64,000 bases of DNA from Octopus vulgaris (lineage: Eukaryota), in the NCBI GenBank assembly GCA_951406725.2, contig OX597834.1:45632001-45696000 (forward strand), in the 5' to 3' direction. Below the pieces are notes generated by a model, which was not told the DNA's origin, did no database searches, and worked only from the letters and a program-made list of their open reading frames with translations. Below, piece after piece: positions 12,568 to 25,541 of the stretch (position 1 is the stretch's first letter; each line of letters opens with the position of its first letter). Position numbers and translations under genes: made by a program.

Positions 12568-12938
12568 ATTATTTTCTACGCTAGGTACAAGGCCCGAAAT
12601 TTTGGGGAAAGGAGCCAGTCGATTAGATTGATTCCAGTGCGTAATTAGTACTTAATTTAATCGATTCCGAAAGGATGAAAGGCAAAGTCGACCTCGGCGG
12701 AATTTGAACTCAGAGCGTAACGGCAGACGAAGTACCTATTTCTTTACTACCCACATGGGGCTAAACACAGAGGGGACAAACAAGGACAGACAAACGGGTT
12801 AAGTCGATTACATCGACCCCAGTGCGTAAATGGTACTTATTTAATCGATCTCGAAAGGATGAAAGGAAAAGTCGACCTCGGCGGAATTTGAACTCAAAAC
12901 GTAGCAGCAGTCGAAATACCGCTAAGAATTTCGCCTGG
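12568..12938 (-). mobile_element. SINE family A dimer (head truncated)
   Basis: Two tandem cores gaaaggatgaaagg.aaagtcgacctcggcggaatttgaactc. Confidence 0.9.
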
Positions 12939-13518
12939 AATATTGTTGTTGTCTTATGGCTGTTAGAACAACGAAACTTAAGCTGCTGTGGTTAGCCTAG
13001 AATGAAAAACCGAATGCTACTTTATTAGTGTAATTGATACATAAATTCGACGGAAATATCCTACCTTGAAACACAGGGTATTTATGTATTATTGCATCTC
13101 ATTTTTTCCTGCTTCAGTCAGTAGAATTCGGTTATGATAGGGGTCCACCTTGAACAGAAACTAGGTTTTTACAAAGTTCATATACAGCAAGTACTGTGGT
13201 AATTATACGAGTACCTCTAGTGGTACTCGTCACTTTGGATGTGTACTTTTAACTCTATGGATAAAACTCAGAAAAAATAGAATATATACAAAAGTTAAAA
13301 TTTGACTTCAATCAATAATATTACCTGCCAATATTAATCTTCTCTCACTCTCTGCCTCTCTCTATCTCTCCTTCTCCCTTATCTTTCTCTCTCTCTCTCT
13401 CTTTGTCTTTCCATACAATGTCAAGCATCACTGGAGAACCAAGCAGCCGATCGACCAACCAACTAACCAATATATCGGTTTCTATTATATAGATTTATTG
13501 AAAGTGTATGTATATATG

Positions 13519-13574
<56 letters not shown>

Positions 13575-13634
13575 CATGTGTGTGTGTTTGGATGTGTATA
13601 TATATATATGTGTGTGTATGTGTGTATGTATATT

Positions 13635-13667
<33 letters not shown>

Positions 13668-14065
13668 ATGTGTGTGTGTGTGTGTGTTATGCATAGAAAA
13701 TATGCATTAGAATGAAAGTCCACTTTAATAAACTGGAAAGATCTAGGTAAACATCACGTGATATATTTAATCCTCTGTTAAGAGATTTCTTTCTTTTTTT
13801 TTTTTTTGTTCTTTAATCAGAGTTGAGATTTCAGACAGACAGAAGATTCAGACATTCGGCAGAAATAGTATCATCTTTTATTGAACTACATGAAGTTGTA
13901 AATATCGATTTTTTTTTTTTTCGTTAAAAAGTATTGAAAAAAAAAAGATGTCTTCCATCAAATATTGTTTTGGCGAACCACTGTATTACCTGAAGCAGAA
14001 TAGAATACCAAAAAAAGTAGCAGCGTATTGACCTGTAAATTCTGTCTAAATATTTAATTTTAGTA

Positions 14066-14470
14066 AAGCGGCGATCTTGCAGAAACATTAGGACACCGGG
14101 CGAAATTCTCAGCGGTACTTTCGTCTGCCGCTACGTTCTGAATTCAAATTCCGCCGAAGTCGACTTTGCCTTTCATGCTTTCAGGGTCGATTAAATAAGT
14201 ACCAGTTACGCACTGGGGTCGATATAATCGACTTAATCCGTTTGTCTGTCCTTGTTTGTCCTCTATGTGTTTATCCCTTGTAGATAGAAACACAAAGGTA
14301 TTTCGTCTGCCGTTATGTTCTGAGTTCAAATTCCGCCGAGCTCGACTTTGCCATTCATCCTTTCGGGGTCAATAAATTAAGTACCAGTTACGCGCTGGGG
14401 TCGATGTAATCGACTTAATCCTTTTGTTTGTCCACCCCTGTTCAGCTCCTTGTGAGCAATACAGAAATAA
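14066..14470 (+). mobile_element. SINE family A dimer
   Basis: Head plus two cores ttcaaattccgccga.gtcgactttgcc.ttcat. Confidence 0.9.
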
Positions 14471-15054
14471 GAGTTGTACAGTGAAAGAGCGAAAGAGAAC
14501 TAGAAATGGTTAAAGAGATGGTTAGAGAAATGTGTAGCTAGACATCGCCCACTCCCGCTCACATATTGCTACATCGAAAACCGGATGCGGACAGATATTA
14601 CAAACGCCAGCGTCAACAGAATGTCAACAAAACCACTGAGGTGGCAAGACAGAGAAAAATCAGTTGTTGTCAGTGATTGTGTTAAAATGTCAGACATTAT
14701 CAGATATTTTGATTGCACGCAAATCATCGTCTAGACTAGAGTTGAACTATCTGAATAGAAGCCTAATAATATTTTCAGAAACGAATGGAGAGTTAGGATA
14801 CACATATTATACACGTATGTTTATGCAGTTACATATTCACTTGCACGGCAATATATATTTTCTGGTCGTTGGCTTCGGTTATGAGAATGCAGAACTGCAG
14901 TCTTATATCTATAGTCGAATCAATCGACATTTACTTTTATTTTTTTAAAGCCTGGTACTGATACCATCGTTGTCTTTTGCCGAACCGCTAAGTTACTGGA
15001 ATGTAAACAACATGAAAACCGGCTGTCAAACGATGGAAACTGGAAGAAGCTCAT

Positions 15055-15085
<31 letters not shown>

Positions 15086-16028
15086 CGTTAAAACACATAG
15101 GAGATAATTGTCTCATACTCTAGTCACAAGACGACCAAATCCTTGTGAGTGGATTGAGTAGAGGAAACTAAGATAATCCTATTCTTTATATGTGTGTGTG
15201 CGTGGGCGTGTATGTTTGTGTGTTTCGCTGTGGTTGTATAAGTATGTGTGTATGCGTGTGTGTGTGTGTGTGTAAGTCTGTGTGCGCGTGTGTTTGACTT
15301 TGTGACTACTTATCCCTCGCCATTGTGTTTCGGCAAAAGAAACCGATAGAATAACAGCAAGACTATAAAATGGCGTCGACTCGTTCGAAACCAATTCTCC
15401 AATTATGTGCCACAGCATGGACGCAATCTATTGATTGAAAGAAGAAAAATTACATACATATGAATCGATGAAGAAATTAGTATAAAGTATCAATACTTCA
15501 TATTTATACATATATTCATATAAAATTTTTGATGCGAAGATACGAAAGTACGTGTCATGTTATGCCATTATTATTTATTAAATTTATTATATTTTCTACA
15601 ACATAAAGATATATTCTTTACCTACAGCTTGATATCTCGAAATATCTTAAATAAATACACTATAAACTATAATTAGCAAATGTAATTTTTGCAATTACTT
15701 TCATTCTTAAATTATATTTCAAATGAAATATGCAGAATATTTAGCCTCTCCTGGAAAGATATCACGTCGTTCGTTATGTTATTTTTTTATATCGTGCAAC
15801 ACGTACGATGAATCTATCGTAATGTGAAAACAATATATTTTCTATTAACCTAAGTTTTATACATTACTTTTTAATATACCATTTTCCATTTCCAGTATCT
15901 GTTACATGAAGAGTATAAATTCTAATCCAATATTTTATTGTCAATATCTTATTCAAGTATATTCATTTTAGTTCTATAAATCATCATAAACCTCGTTAAA
16001 TTCCAAAGATAACAACAACAAAAAAACA

Positions 16029-16115
<87 letters not shown>

Positions 16116-16133
16116 TTAATAATAATAATAGTC

Positions 16134-16173
<40 letters not shown>

Positions 16174-16484
16174 TAGTAATAAAAAAATGAGAGTAACTAG
16201 TAATTCAGTACTTTCCATTTATTTCATTTTGACGTAAATACTGTAATCATGTTTTTAAATAAGACAAATATATTCATGCGTACGTTTTAAAAATTTAGGA
16301 ACTTTGAGAGATGCGGCATAAATCATGTTCAACGACGGAGCACGAACTGGATAATGTGATGCTAAAAAAAAGAAGTGCGAAGAGTATTGGCTTTGGGAAT
16401 ATTAAAAATTTGAAGGTATGAATTGTTATAGGGACACATACAACAACAAATTATTTTAGTCCAAATTGTCCCTATTTATTTGTT

Positions 16485-16760
16485 AGCTTTTACTTATTTC
16501 CGTCCTCCGTCTGCAGCCATCTTGGGACACCACCTACAAGAAATTTTAGTCGATCTATTTTTCTCTTTTACCTGTTTCAGTCATTTGACTGCCGACTTTA
16601 GTCCAGCAAATCAACCCCAGAGCTTATTCATTTAAGCCTAGTACTTGTTCGATTGGTTGTTTTACCAAACCGCTAAGTTACGGGGACGTAAACACACCAG
16701 CATCGGTTGTCAAGCGATGATGGGGGGGACAAACACAGACGCGCAAACACATACACACAC

Positions 16761-16824
<64 letters not shown>

Positions 16825-17200
16825 GACGGTCTTCTTTCAGTTTCCGTCTACCAAATCCACTCACAAGTTTTTGGTCGGATGAGGCTATAGTAGAAGACAC
16901 TTGCCCAAGGTGCCACGCAGTGGGACTGAACCCAGAACCACGTGTTTGGCAGGCAAGCTACTTACCACATAGCCACTCATGCGCCTATAACGTATCGATC
17001 ACAGACGCAAAATATAACAAACACCGGTTGGCAGGAAAACAAATACACACACACACACGCACGCACACAATGGGCTTTTTTTCAGTTTCTCTCTACCAAA
17101 TTCATTCGGAAGTCCTTAGTCGGCCCGAGGTCATAATAGAAGAAACTTGACGAAGGTGCAACGCAATGAGACTGAACCTGGAACCATGTGGTTAGAGAAG
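16485..17200 (-). mobile_element. Cluster of SINE family C copies
   Basis: Well-preserved copy about 16565-16986 with central (CA)n(TA)n, plus partial copies on both sides. Confidence 0.8.
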
Positions 17201-18292
17201 CAGAAGTCTTTTATCTTGAGCCCTGAGAGTCATACGGCATCTTGACCTGCTTCCATGGTAAACAAGTCACCGAAAACTGTACAAATACCCTCAGAGAGTG
17301 ACGCGGGACAGTTGCACTTTCACTGCAAACAGATTTGAGGCGAGGGGAGGGGACGATCAACTGGTACTTTATTTTGTCGAATTCGTAGAGGATGAATGTC
17401 GAATTTGAACTGAGCGGTATTTGAAATCATAAAGTAAATAGCCAGAAGAGATTCAGTTTCACACTTTGTCCGATGCGATAACAATGTTCCCAGCTCGCCT
17501 GCCTACCATTTTATATTATGGTATAGGTATTTCAAACTTTAATAAAAGGCCAGCGTTTATTTTTTATATTTAAGAAGGTATGAGATAAATCGGTTACAGG
17601 GAACCAGTCCTCGACTAGTGCTGTATCTCAGCGACCACGAAAGGATGAAAGGTAAAGATAAAACTTTGAATTCGGGAGGTAACGAACCGGAAAAATGCCT
17701 CTTTACCTATTTATATTACGGGAAAACATTCGGAGGAAATCTAACCCACTGGTGATTTCCGTTCCCTTTCCATTTTAATCGAAAACTGTGCACATTAAAT
17801 ATATTCTATTTAACGCAGCAGAAACGATTTGATAATTAATTATAATTGAAACTGATTAAATATTCCAATAGTGATAATGATAATTAATTAGTTATTTTAA
17901 TTTCAGAGTTATGATGCAATCACTCCCTCAAAACGATATTAATCGTATATATGTTCAAACTAGATAAATATTATCCACATACGATATAGATATCTTTATT
18001 TGGAATCTATTAGAATAAATATTCTTGAAGCTGATAAATACAACAACCCCAACATTGGCCACCGTCGCCATCATTACCAGCACCAACACCGCCGACACCA
18101 CCATCAACAGTGACACCAGCGCTGCACCCCGAAGCCGTCAGTGTAATCAGGCCCAACGTGTCTTGCTTAATTGAACATATCAACGTTTTCCTCCGGTTAT
18201 TTCATAAACAATTTAATTAATATATTTTAAATTCCCTATTCGCCAAAACTCCATATCATTCTTCTTGATTAAATCTACCTATCTGATATATA

Positions 18293-18374
<82 letters not shown>

Positions 18375-18375
18375 A

Positions 18376-18406
<31 letters not shown>

Positions 18407-18619
18407 TAGGGAGATAGATAGGCATATAGTAACGAATAGCATTCTGTATGTTGTAGTTAGCGCGGATGTACTCTGCGAACATTATAAGGCAATGAGATTG
18501 GCATTATAGGAGCGTTCGCAGAGTATACCAACGCTAAGTACGCCACGCGCTTTTAGACTGCCATTTTCTCATAGTATCATAATGTTAAATAGCACAGATG
18601 AGTCTGTAGCAGACAAAAT

Positions 18620-19008
18620 ATTCTTTTCATCTCTAGGTACAAGGTACGAAATTTTGGGGGAGGGGGCCAGTAGATTATATACAACTGGTACTTAATTTAT
18701 CGACTCCGAAAGGATGCAAAGCAAAGTCGACCTCGGCGGAATTTGAACTCGGAACGTAACGGCAGACGAAATACCTATTTCTTTACTACCCACAAGGGGC
18801 TAAACACAGAGGGGACAAACAAGGACAGGCAAACGGATTAAGTCGATTATATCGATCCCAATGCGTAACTGGTACATATTTAATCAACCCCGAAAGAATG
18901 AAAGGCAAACTCGACCTCGCCGGAATTTGAACTCAGAACGTAGCGGCAGACGAAATACCGCTAAGCATTTCGCCCGGCGTGCTAACGTTTCTGCCAGCTC
19001 GCCGCCTT
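18620..19008 (-). mobile_element. SINE family A dimer, well preserved
   Basis: Full head aaggcggcgagctggcagaaacgttagcacgccgggcgaaatgc, two cores, two different tails. Confidence 0.92.
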
Positions 19009-19857
19009 GACCTTATATTCTTCTCATCATAAAGCAACGGTATGCCTACTTTTACGAATAATAAATGTAATATTTCGTGCAATTCGGAATATCAGTTCAG
19101 ACAAACTCTGAGGTCATTATTCTGACTAACAAGTAAATAATTGACTCTAATTACAATTTGGATTTCTTATTTAGTAACAATTCAGGGTTTTTATATTATG
19201 CCTGCAAGAAAGTCTGATTGCACTTCAAGATGAGAAAGAAAGAAATGCGTCTTTGCTTTTAATTGATTTATTCAATTAAGGTAATATCATTGTTTATAAT
19301 ATAATCCTGTCTGTTTGGCAAATTGTTAACCCTCAGGATAAAAACGTCTTTAGTTTTCGGATTAAAGATACACTGATCTGTGGTGTAATATAGTGAAACA
19401 TGGGGAAACAGCAGTAATGTGAAGAAAACACACGTAGAAAAAGAATATTTAATCCTAAAACATGATTTGAAGGTCAGAGATACAGAAAGAGGGGAGGAGG
19501 AAGGACTGAGTGAGAGAGTTTGGAGAGGGAGACGGAGGGAGGATACAGTTTGCGCCTCTTTACACTTTACTCCAATCGAAATGATTATATTTTAAAACGT
19601 TTATTTAATAAATCAGCGCATGTTTATCAGTGGCAGAAACTAAAAGCCATGAACAATATATTCATATAAACATACATACCTACATATATACACACATACA
19701 CACAAATGCGCACACAGACGCACGCACATACATATGTGAGTGTGCATGTGTGTTTGTGCGTGTATTTGTATGTGTGTGTTGTGTGTGTGTATGTATACTG
19801 GGCACCGACCCGAAGACATTTTTGTAGAATCGATACCAGTCCTTAGTTTTCTAACGA

Positions 19858-20162
19858 TAAACGTCGCCCTTTTCAAGCCTACCCGAGCTCATGGGCCCGG
19901 TTTCCCGCTTTCTGTGGCGTATATCCCCCCCAGCTGGACGGGACGCCAGTCCATCGCAGCGTTACTCAAGAAACAGGAAGAGAGAGTGAGTGAAAGTTGT
20001 GGCGAAAGAGTACAACAAGGGTCGCCACCACCCCCTTCCAGAGACTCGTGGAGCTTTTAAGTGTTTTTGCTCAATAAACACACACAACGCCTAGTTTGGG
20101 AATCGAAACCGTGATCCTCCGACCGCGAGTCCGCTGCCCTGACCACTGGGCCATTGCGCCAC
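19858..20162 (-). mobile_element. SINE family B
   Basis: Inverted homologue of 457-765. Confidence 0.85.
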
Positions 20163-20169
20163 TGCTTCT

Positions 20170-20363
20170 CTATATACATAGGGCCGAATCAAATAAATGA
20201 ATAATAAAATTAACGATCACAGACAACAAAAAGACGTGCACAAGAAAAGTATTAGTTTGAAGCTCTGTTGAAAGAGAGACGTGTTGACGTTTCGTGTTTG
20301 GCTCTTCATCGAAAAGTAAAATGTAAAAAGTCCTAAAAAGGGTAAGAAATTGCCAACAGCACC

Positions 20364-20365
<2 letters not shown>
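20170..20365 (-). mobile_element. Short Penelope pseudo-LTR-like element with degenerate minimal hammerhead
   Basis: Minus strand tcGATGAagagccaaacacGAAACGTC (20281-20316); bounded by TA-rich repeats. Confidence 0.45.
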
Positions 20366-20409
<44 letters not shown>

Positions 20410-21009
20410 TGCAGTTTCAGTTTCCGTCACGCAAATCCAGTCAGATGGATTTGGGTCGGCCAGAGGATATAATAGAAGACACGTGTCTATGTTGCCAAGC
20501 TTCTTACCACACAGCTATGACTGAGTCTACACACATAAACACACAAACACACACAAACACACACACACACACACAAGCACACACACACACACACACACGC
20601 ATACACACACATCTATGTATATCTACATAACCTTCAGCAATAACTACAGTGAAAATATCAACAAATGTTACCTTAAAAATAAAATAAAATAAAATAAAAT
20701 ATAATGAAATAAAGGAAAATCAAACAAAAGAAACGAAATATTGGAATCCGGCCATTAATACGTCTTTTGTTGAAAAGCATGAACATTATAGCAGTGGCAC
20801 TACGAAGTAATGTACCCTAAAGGGCAATACACGAATCTAGGGTGACTTCGAGGGTTTTGTAGTGTTCAATTGTATTCCATACATTCAGGTGAAAGGAACC
20901 ATCAATGCCAATACAAAGCAAAGTAACTAATAGTAATAATGAAAATATTATTATTATTATTAATAATAATAATAATAATAATAATGATGATAATAATAAT
21001 AATAATAAT

Positions 21010-21068
<59 letters not shown>

Positions 21069-21501
21069 TAATAATAATAATTTTTTCTTCATTTATTCGC
21101 GGGCAAAAATCACACAAACAAACCGATTGTAACCTAAATGTTTTTGAAATTAACCAGAGGAATTAGAATGAAAGCCGATGGTTTCTGTGAAACTGGATTA
21201 GATTAAAGCCGAACTATCTTTTCTTTCGAGTTGCAGTTAATTGTTTTCTGTATGGCTTCACTACAAGAATTACAGTTTAGCAAAGCGAATTTTTCGCGAA
21301 ATCCTGCCAGCAACGATTCCACTCATACTGTATTTCCTTTCCAATAGGTTGCAATTGTTCCATCACGCATCAATCGATTTTTTGGCAAGGTTCATTATAT
21401 TATTATCATTTTGCTGCTTAAAGCTTTCTATTAGAATTTTCACTACCAGAATGATTTCAATGATGGCGAACGCGAATTATCCACTTCGATGTGTGTATGA
21501 G

Positions 21502-21552
<51 letters not shown>

Positions 21553-21935
21553 GTGTGTGTTTGTGTGTCTCTGTGTGTGTTTGTGTGTGCTCCTGTACAG
21601 CAGAGTGTGCATTAGGGAATTTCTGCTTGTGTGTGTTCGCAAATTTGAGTGCACACGACTCAGTATGTGAGTGTGTGCCTGCGCGTATATATGCATATGT
21701 GTGTGCATGTGTGTGCGAGTAAATGTGTGTATGTGTGTGTGTAAAGCCTGCGCATATGTGTTTGCATGTGTGTGCGTATATGTGCGCGTGCGTGGATGTG
21801 TTAATAAAAAATATTATACCTGGATAAAACAAATATTTTCCTGAAATGGCAAATATAATTTATTGGCCTATAAATGCAATTTAATATTACAGAATATTGG
21901 CTTCCGGGAAGAGGGATGAAAAAAGGCTTGTATTG

Positions 21936-21978
<43 letters not shown>

Positions 21979-22091
21979 TATGTATAATACATATAAAATG
22001 TCAATTATTTTAATATATATTTATATATACGTATATATATATGAATGTATATATATACATGTGTGTGTGAATACACACACACACATACACG

Positions 22092-22147
<56 letters not shown>

Positions 22148-22206
22148 CCTGTATACATAATTTATATACATATAAACTAAATTATCTTGTACACGTAAAT
22201 ACTTAC

Positions 22207-22256
<50 letters not shown>

Positions 22257-22867
22257 AATACAAACTAGTTTATCTGTTTGCGCCTATTTGTGTGTTTATG
22301 TGTGTACATGTGTATGTGTGTGTGTGTGTGTGTGTGCTTGAATTTGTGTGTGTCAGCTTTTGTGTGTACAAAATTTCGTTTATTTTATAAAATCCAGCCT
22401 TCTCGTTCCTTGAAAACAAATCCATTTGAGAGTAGCAAAGGGTTATCATTTCGTTCAATGTAAACCGATTCTTTACTTTCTCTTGTTAAAATATTGTACT
22501 GCCTCTAAATCTCCAATAACACGTTCAGAACAGCTGAGAGGCCGACCAAAAAAATCTTCTTGCATTTCATGATATGCAGAGTAACAGAAACCAAATGAAA
22601 CCATATTGTACACATTGTTATATTGTCCAATAAATATTTATTGTAATTTAACCGTTAACTTCTATAAATTTACTTTAAATTTTATGCCAAACCAAAAAGC
22701 AAGATGATATCTTTAGCTGTTCACTCGGGATTTACTTCTTCCCGCGGAGAAAACCTGGAAATTGTTTTGAAATGATTGCATAATTTGTTGGAGCATTGCA
22801 CAAAAATTCGCGGCGTTTCTGCTCAATTATTTATGTTCTGCGTTTAAATCAAGCGAAGATCAGGTTT

Positions 22868-22990
22868 GCTTCATCGTGGCAGCACTTCTATTCTTTTTGT
22901 GCAAGGTTCTGACATCCAATTACCAAGTGGCTCACATTTTTCACACTCTTTCCACAGAGTCTGCATTTCTGGGTGTCAAATGACTGAGGA
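22868..22990 (-). mobile_element. R4/Dong LINE zinc-knuckle fragment
   Basis: Translation QKCRLCGKSV/NVSHLVIGCQNLAQKE*KCCHDEA matches CRLC...E.V.HL.SGC..LAQ.EY..RHD. Confidence 0.7.
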
Positions 22991-23297
22991 GGAAATATCA
23001 ACAGTTAAATTATCGCTACAATTTGGGCATTGGATGCAGTAGAATTTCTGCTTTTGCAGTTATGATCGCGTTTGTGAATATTTCCCCTGTTTTTGTGTTC
23101 ATATATGGACGAGTATGAATTAAATGGCATGTACCGCAAGGGCTACCATTGCATTTAGTTGCAGTGCTCTACATTTTAAAATTGATGTAATACTTACATT
23201 GTCTAATTAAATGAAGTAGCATGAAACAATTTTACTACACTACCTTTGGATATCCTTATTGCTTATTTTGATTATATATCTATATATATATATATCT

Positions 23298-23684
23298 TTG
23301 TGGAGGTGCAAGGGCCCAGCATTTAGGAGAATGGAATGACAGTCATAGGATCTCAGTTTCGATTCCCAGATTGTGAGTGTTTATTGAGCGGAAACACCTA
23401 AAGCTCCACGAGGCTCCGGCGGGCTGGTGGGGGGGGACCCTGCTGTACTCTTTCACCACAACTTTCTTTCACTTTTTCTTCCTGTTTCTGTTGTACCTGT
23501 ATTTAAAAGGGCCAGCCTTCTCACAATATGTGTCACGCTGAATCACCCCGAAAACTACGTTAGGGGTACACGCGCCTGTGGAGTGCTCAGCCACTTGCAC
23601 GTTAATTTCACGAGCAGGCTGTCCGTTGATCGGATGAACTGGAACCCTCGTCGTCGTATTCGATGGAGTGCCACGACGACGACG

Positions 23685-23688
<4 letters not shown>
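23298..23688 (+). mobile_element. SINE with family B head and a different 3' body
   Basis: First about 190 bp align with 457-650, then diverge; ends in (ACG)n. Confidence 0.75.
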
Positions 23689-23743
<55 letters not shown>

Positions 23744-24561
23744 GTACATGACGGGAATCCAAAGAGACTTTGTGTACAAAATTCACTTAGACGGCATTGG
23801 TAGGGCTTTTATAATCATATCTGTTATTGGCTCAGGGCCGATATCTACAAAACATTTGCCACATGTGTCCCGTATTGTGACTGAACCTGAAACCCCGTGT
23901 TCTCTAAACGATCTTGTTAACCACGTGGCTTTGCCTGCATCTCATGTAAGGGAATGCCATATTTTAAAACACACTTTTTATGACGCATAAAAAGAACTCA
24001 AGTTCCCAGTTAGAAATAGCTTTCAGCTATTATTTTGATGCATTGGCTCTGACTTGGAGATAAACATCAACAGAATAATCAGGTTTTGTATTCCGTTTGA
24101 TGAGTCGGTCTTTTCGATTATTGCTGAACACCGGCTAAATAGCAACAACAACAAAAATGTCAACAATAACAACAGCAATAGCAACTAAAATGTTAGCGTT
24201 TGCACATGTCAGCGCTGACAACGTATTTTCTTGCTGATTTTGAGAGATCTTAGTGAACTGGTTGTTTATAAAGGCAATACCAAATTCAAAGACCAATATT
24301 AAGAAAACAATCACTGTGTTTACTCGTTGGAATCGCTCTTTCGAGTGAGAAGTGATTTAACGAGCTAGAAATAGCTAATAGATGTTCCTTAAACCATTCA
24401 GTTATATGTTAATGGCAGAAATATAGGTTAGATAATGCGGCAACCAATTCTGAAAAATCGATGAGACGACAAAGCTATTGTGGATTTGAATAAGGATTCC
24501 CTCGATCACTGTTGAACAAATGGGTGATGGGGAGAGGCTAGAAATAAAGAAAAAAAGGACT

Positions 24562-24984
24562 AAGGTGGTGAGCTGGCAGAAACATTAGCGTGCCGGGCGA
24601 AATGCTTAGCGGTATTTCGTCTGCGTTACGTTGTGAGTTCAAATTCCGCCGAGGTCGACTTTGCCTTTGATCCTTTCGGGGTCGATAAATTAAGTAGCAG
24701 TTACGCACTGAGGTCGATGTAATCGACTTAATACCTATGTATGTCCTTGTTTGTCCCCTCTGTGTTTAGCCCCTTGTGGGTAATAAAGAAATAGGTATTT
24801 CGTCTGCCGTTACGTTCTGAGTTCAAATTCCGCCGAGATCGACTTTGCCGTTCATTCTTTCGGGGTCGAAAAATTAAGTACCAGTTACGCACTGTGGTCG
24901 ATTTAATCGGCTTAATCCGTTTTTCAGTCCTTTTTTTGTCCCCTGTGTGTTCAGCCCCTTGTGGGCAGAAAAGGAAATAAGAAA
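24562..24984 (+). mobile_element. SINE family A dimer, well preserved
   Basis: Head + core + tail (cccttgtgggtaataaagaaat), followed by headless second monomer. Confidence 0.92.
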
Positions 24985-25193
24985 ATGGACAAAGCAAAAA
25001 TAGTTAAAAAGACTGGTGGCTTTGCACGGCTAGACTTGCTATATTTGGGAAAGGCAACAGAAAGTTTTGATTTAAATTGCGATGAGGAATAAAGAATTCA
25101 ACGTTTCGGACAATGTCCTCCGTCATAACTGCAAGGAAATAAAATGAAAAGAATCGATGAGTCTCACATTACTATTCTATGAATGCATATGTG

Positions 25194-25237
<44 letters not shown>

Positions 25238-25493
25238 TATACATGCGCGCACACACATAAACACACACACGTATGTAGCTAAGTATGTAAGTATGTATTC
25301 ATGTATGTATGTGTTTGTAGATATATTTCGATAACGCACAACCTACAGAAAATGCGGAATGGTCAGCTACGCCGTCGGCCATTCAGTTCTAATACAAGAA
25401 TATGCCAGAAGCTAACTTAGTAATTGGACTTACGTTCACGTGCACAGACACACATACATACACAGACATAAACTAATATTTCTGAAACTATGA

Positions 25494-25541
<48 letters not shown>

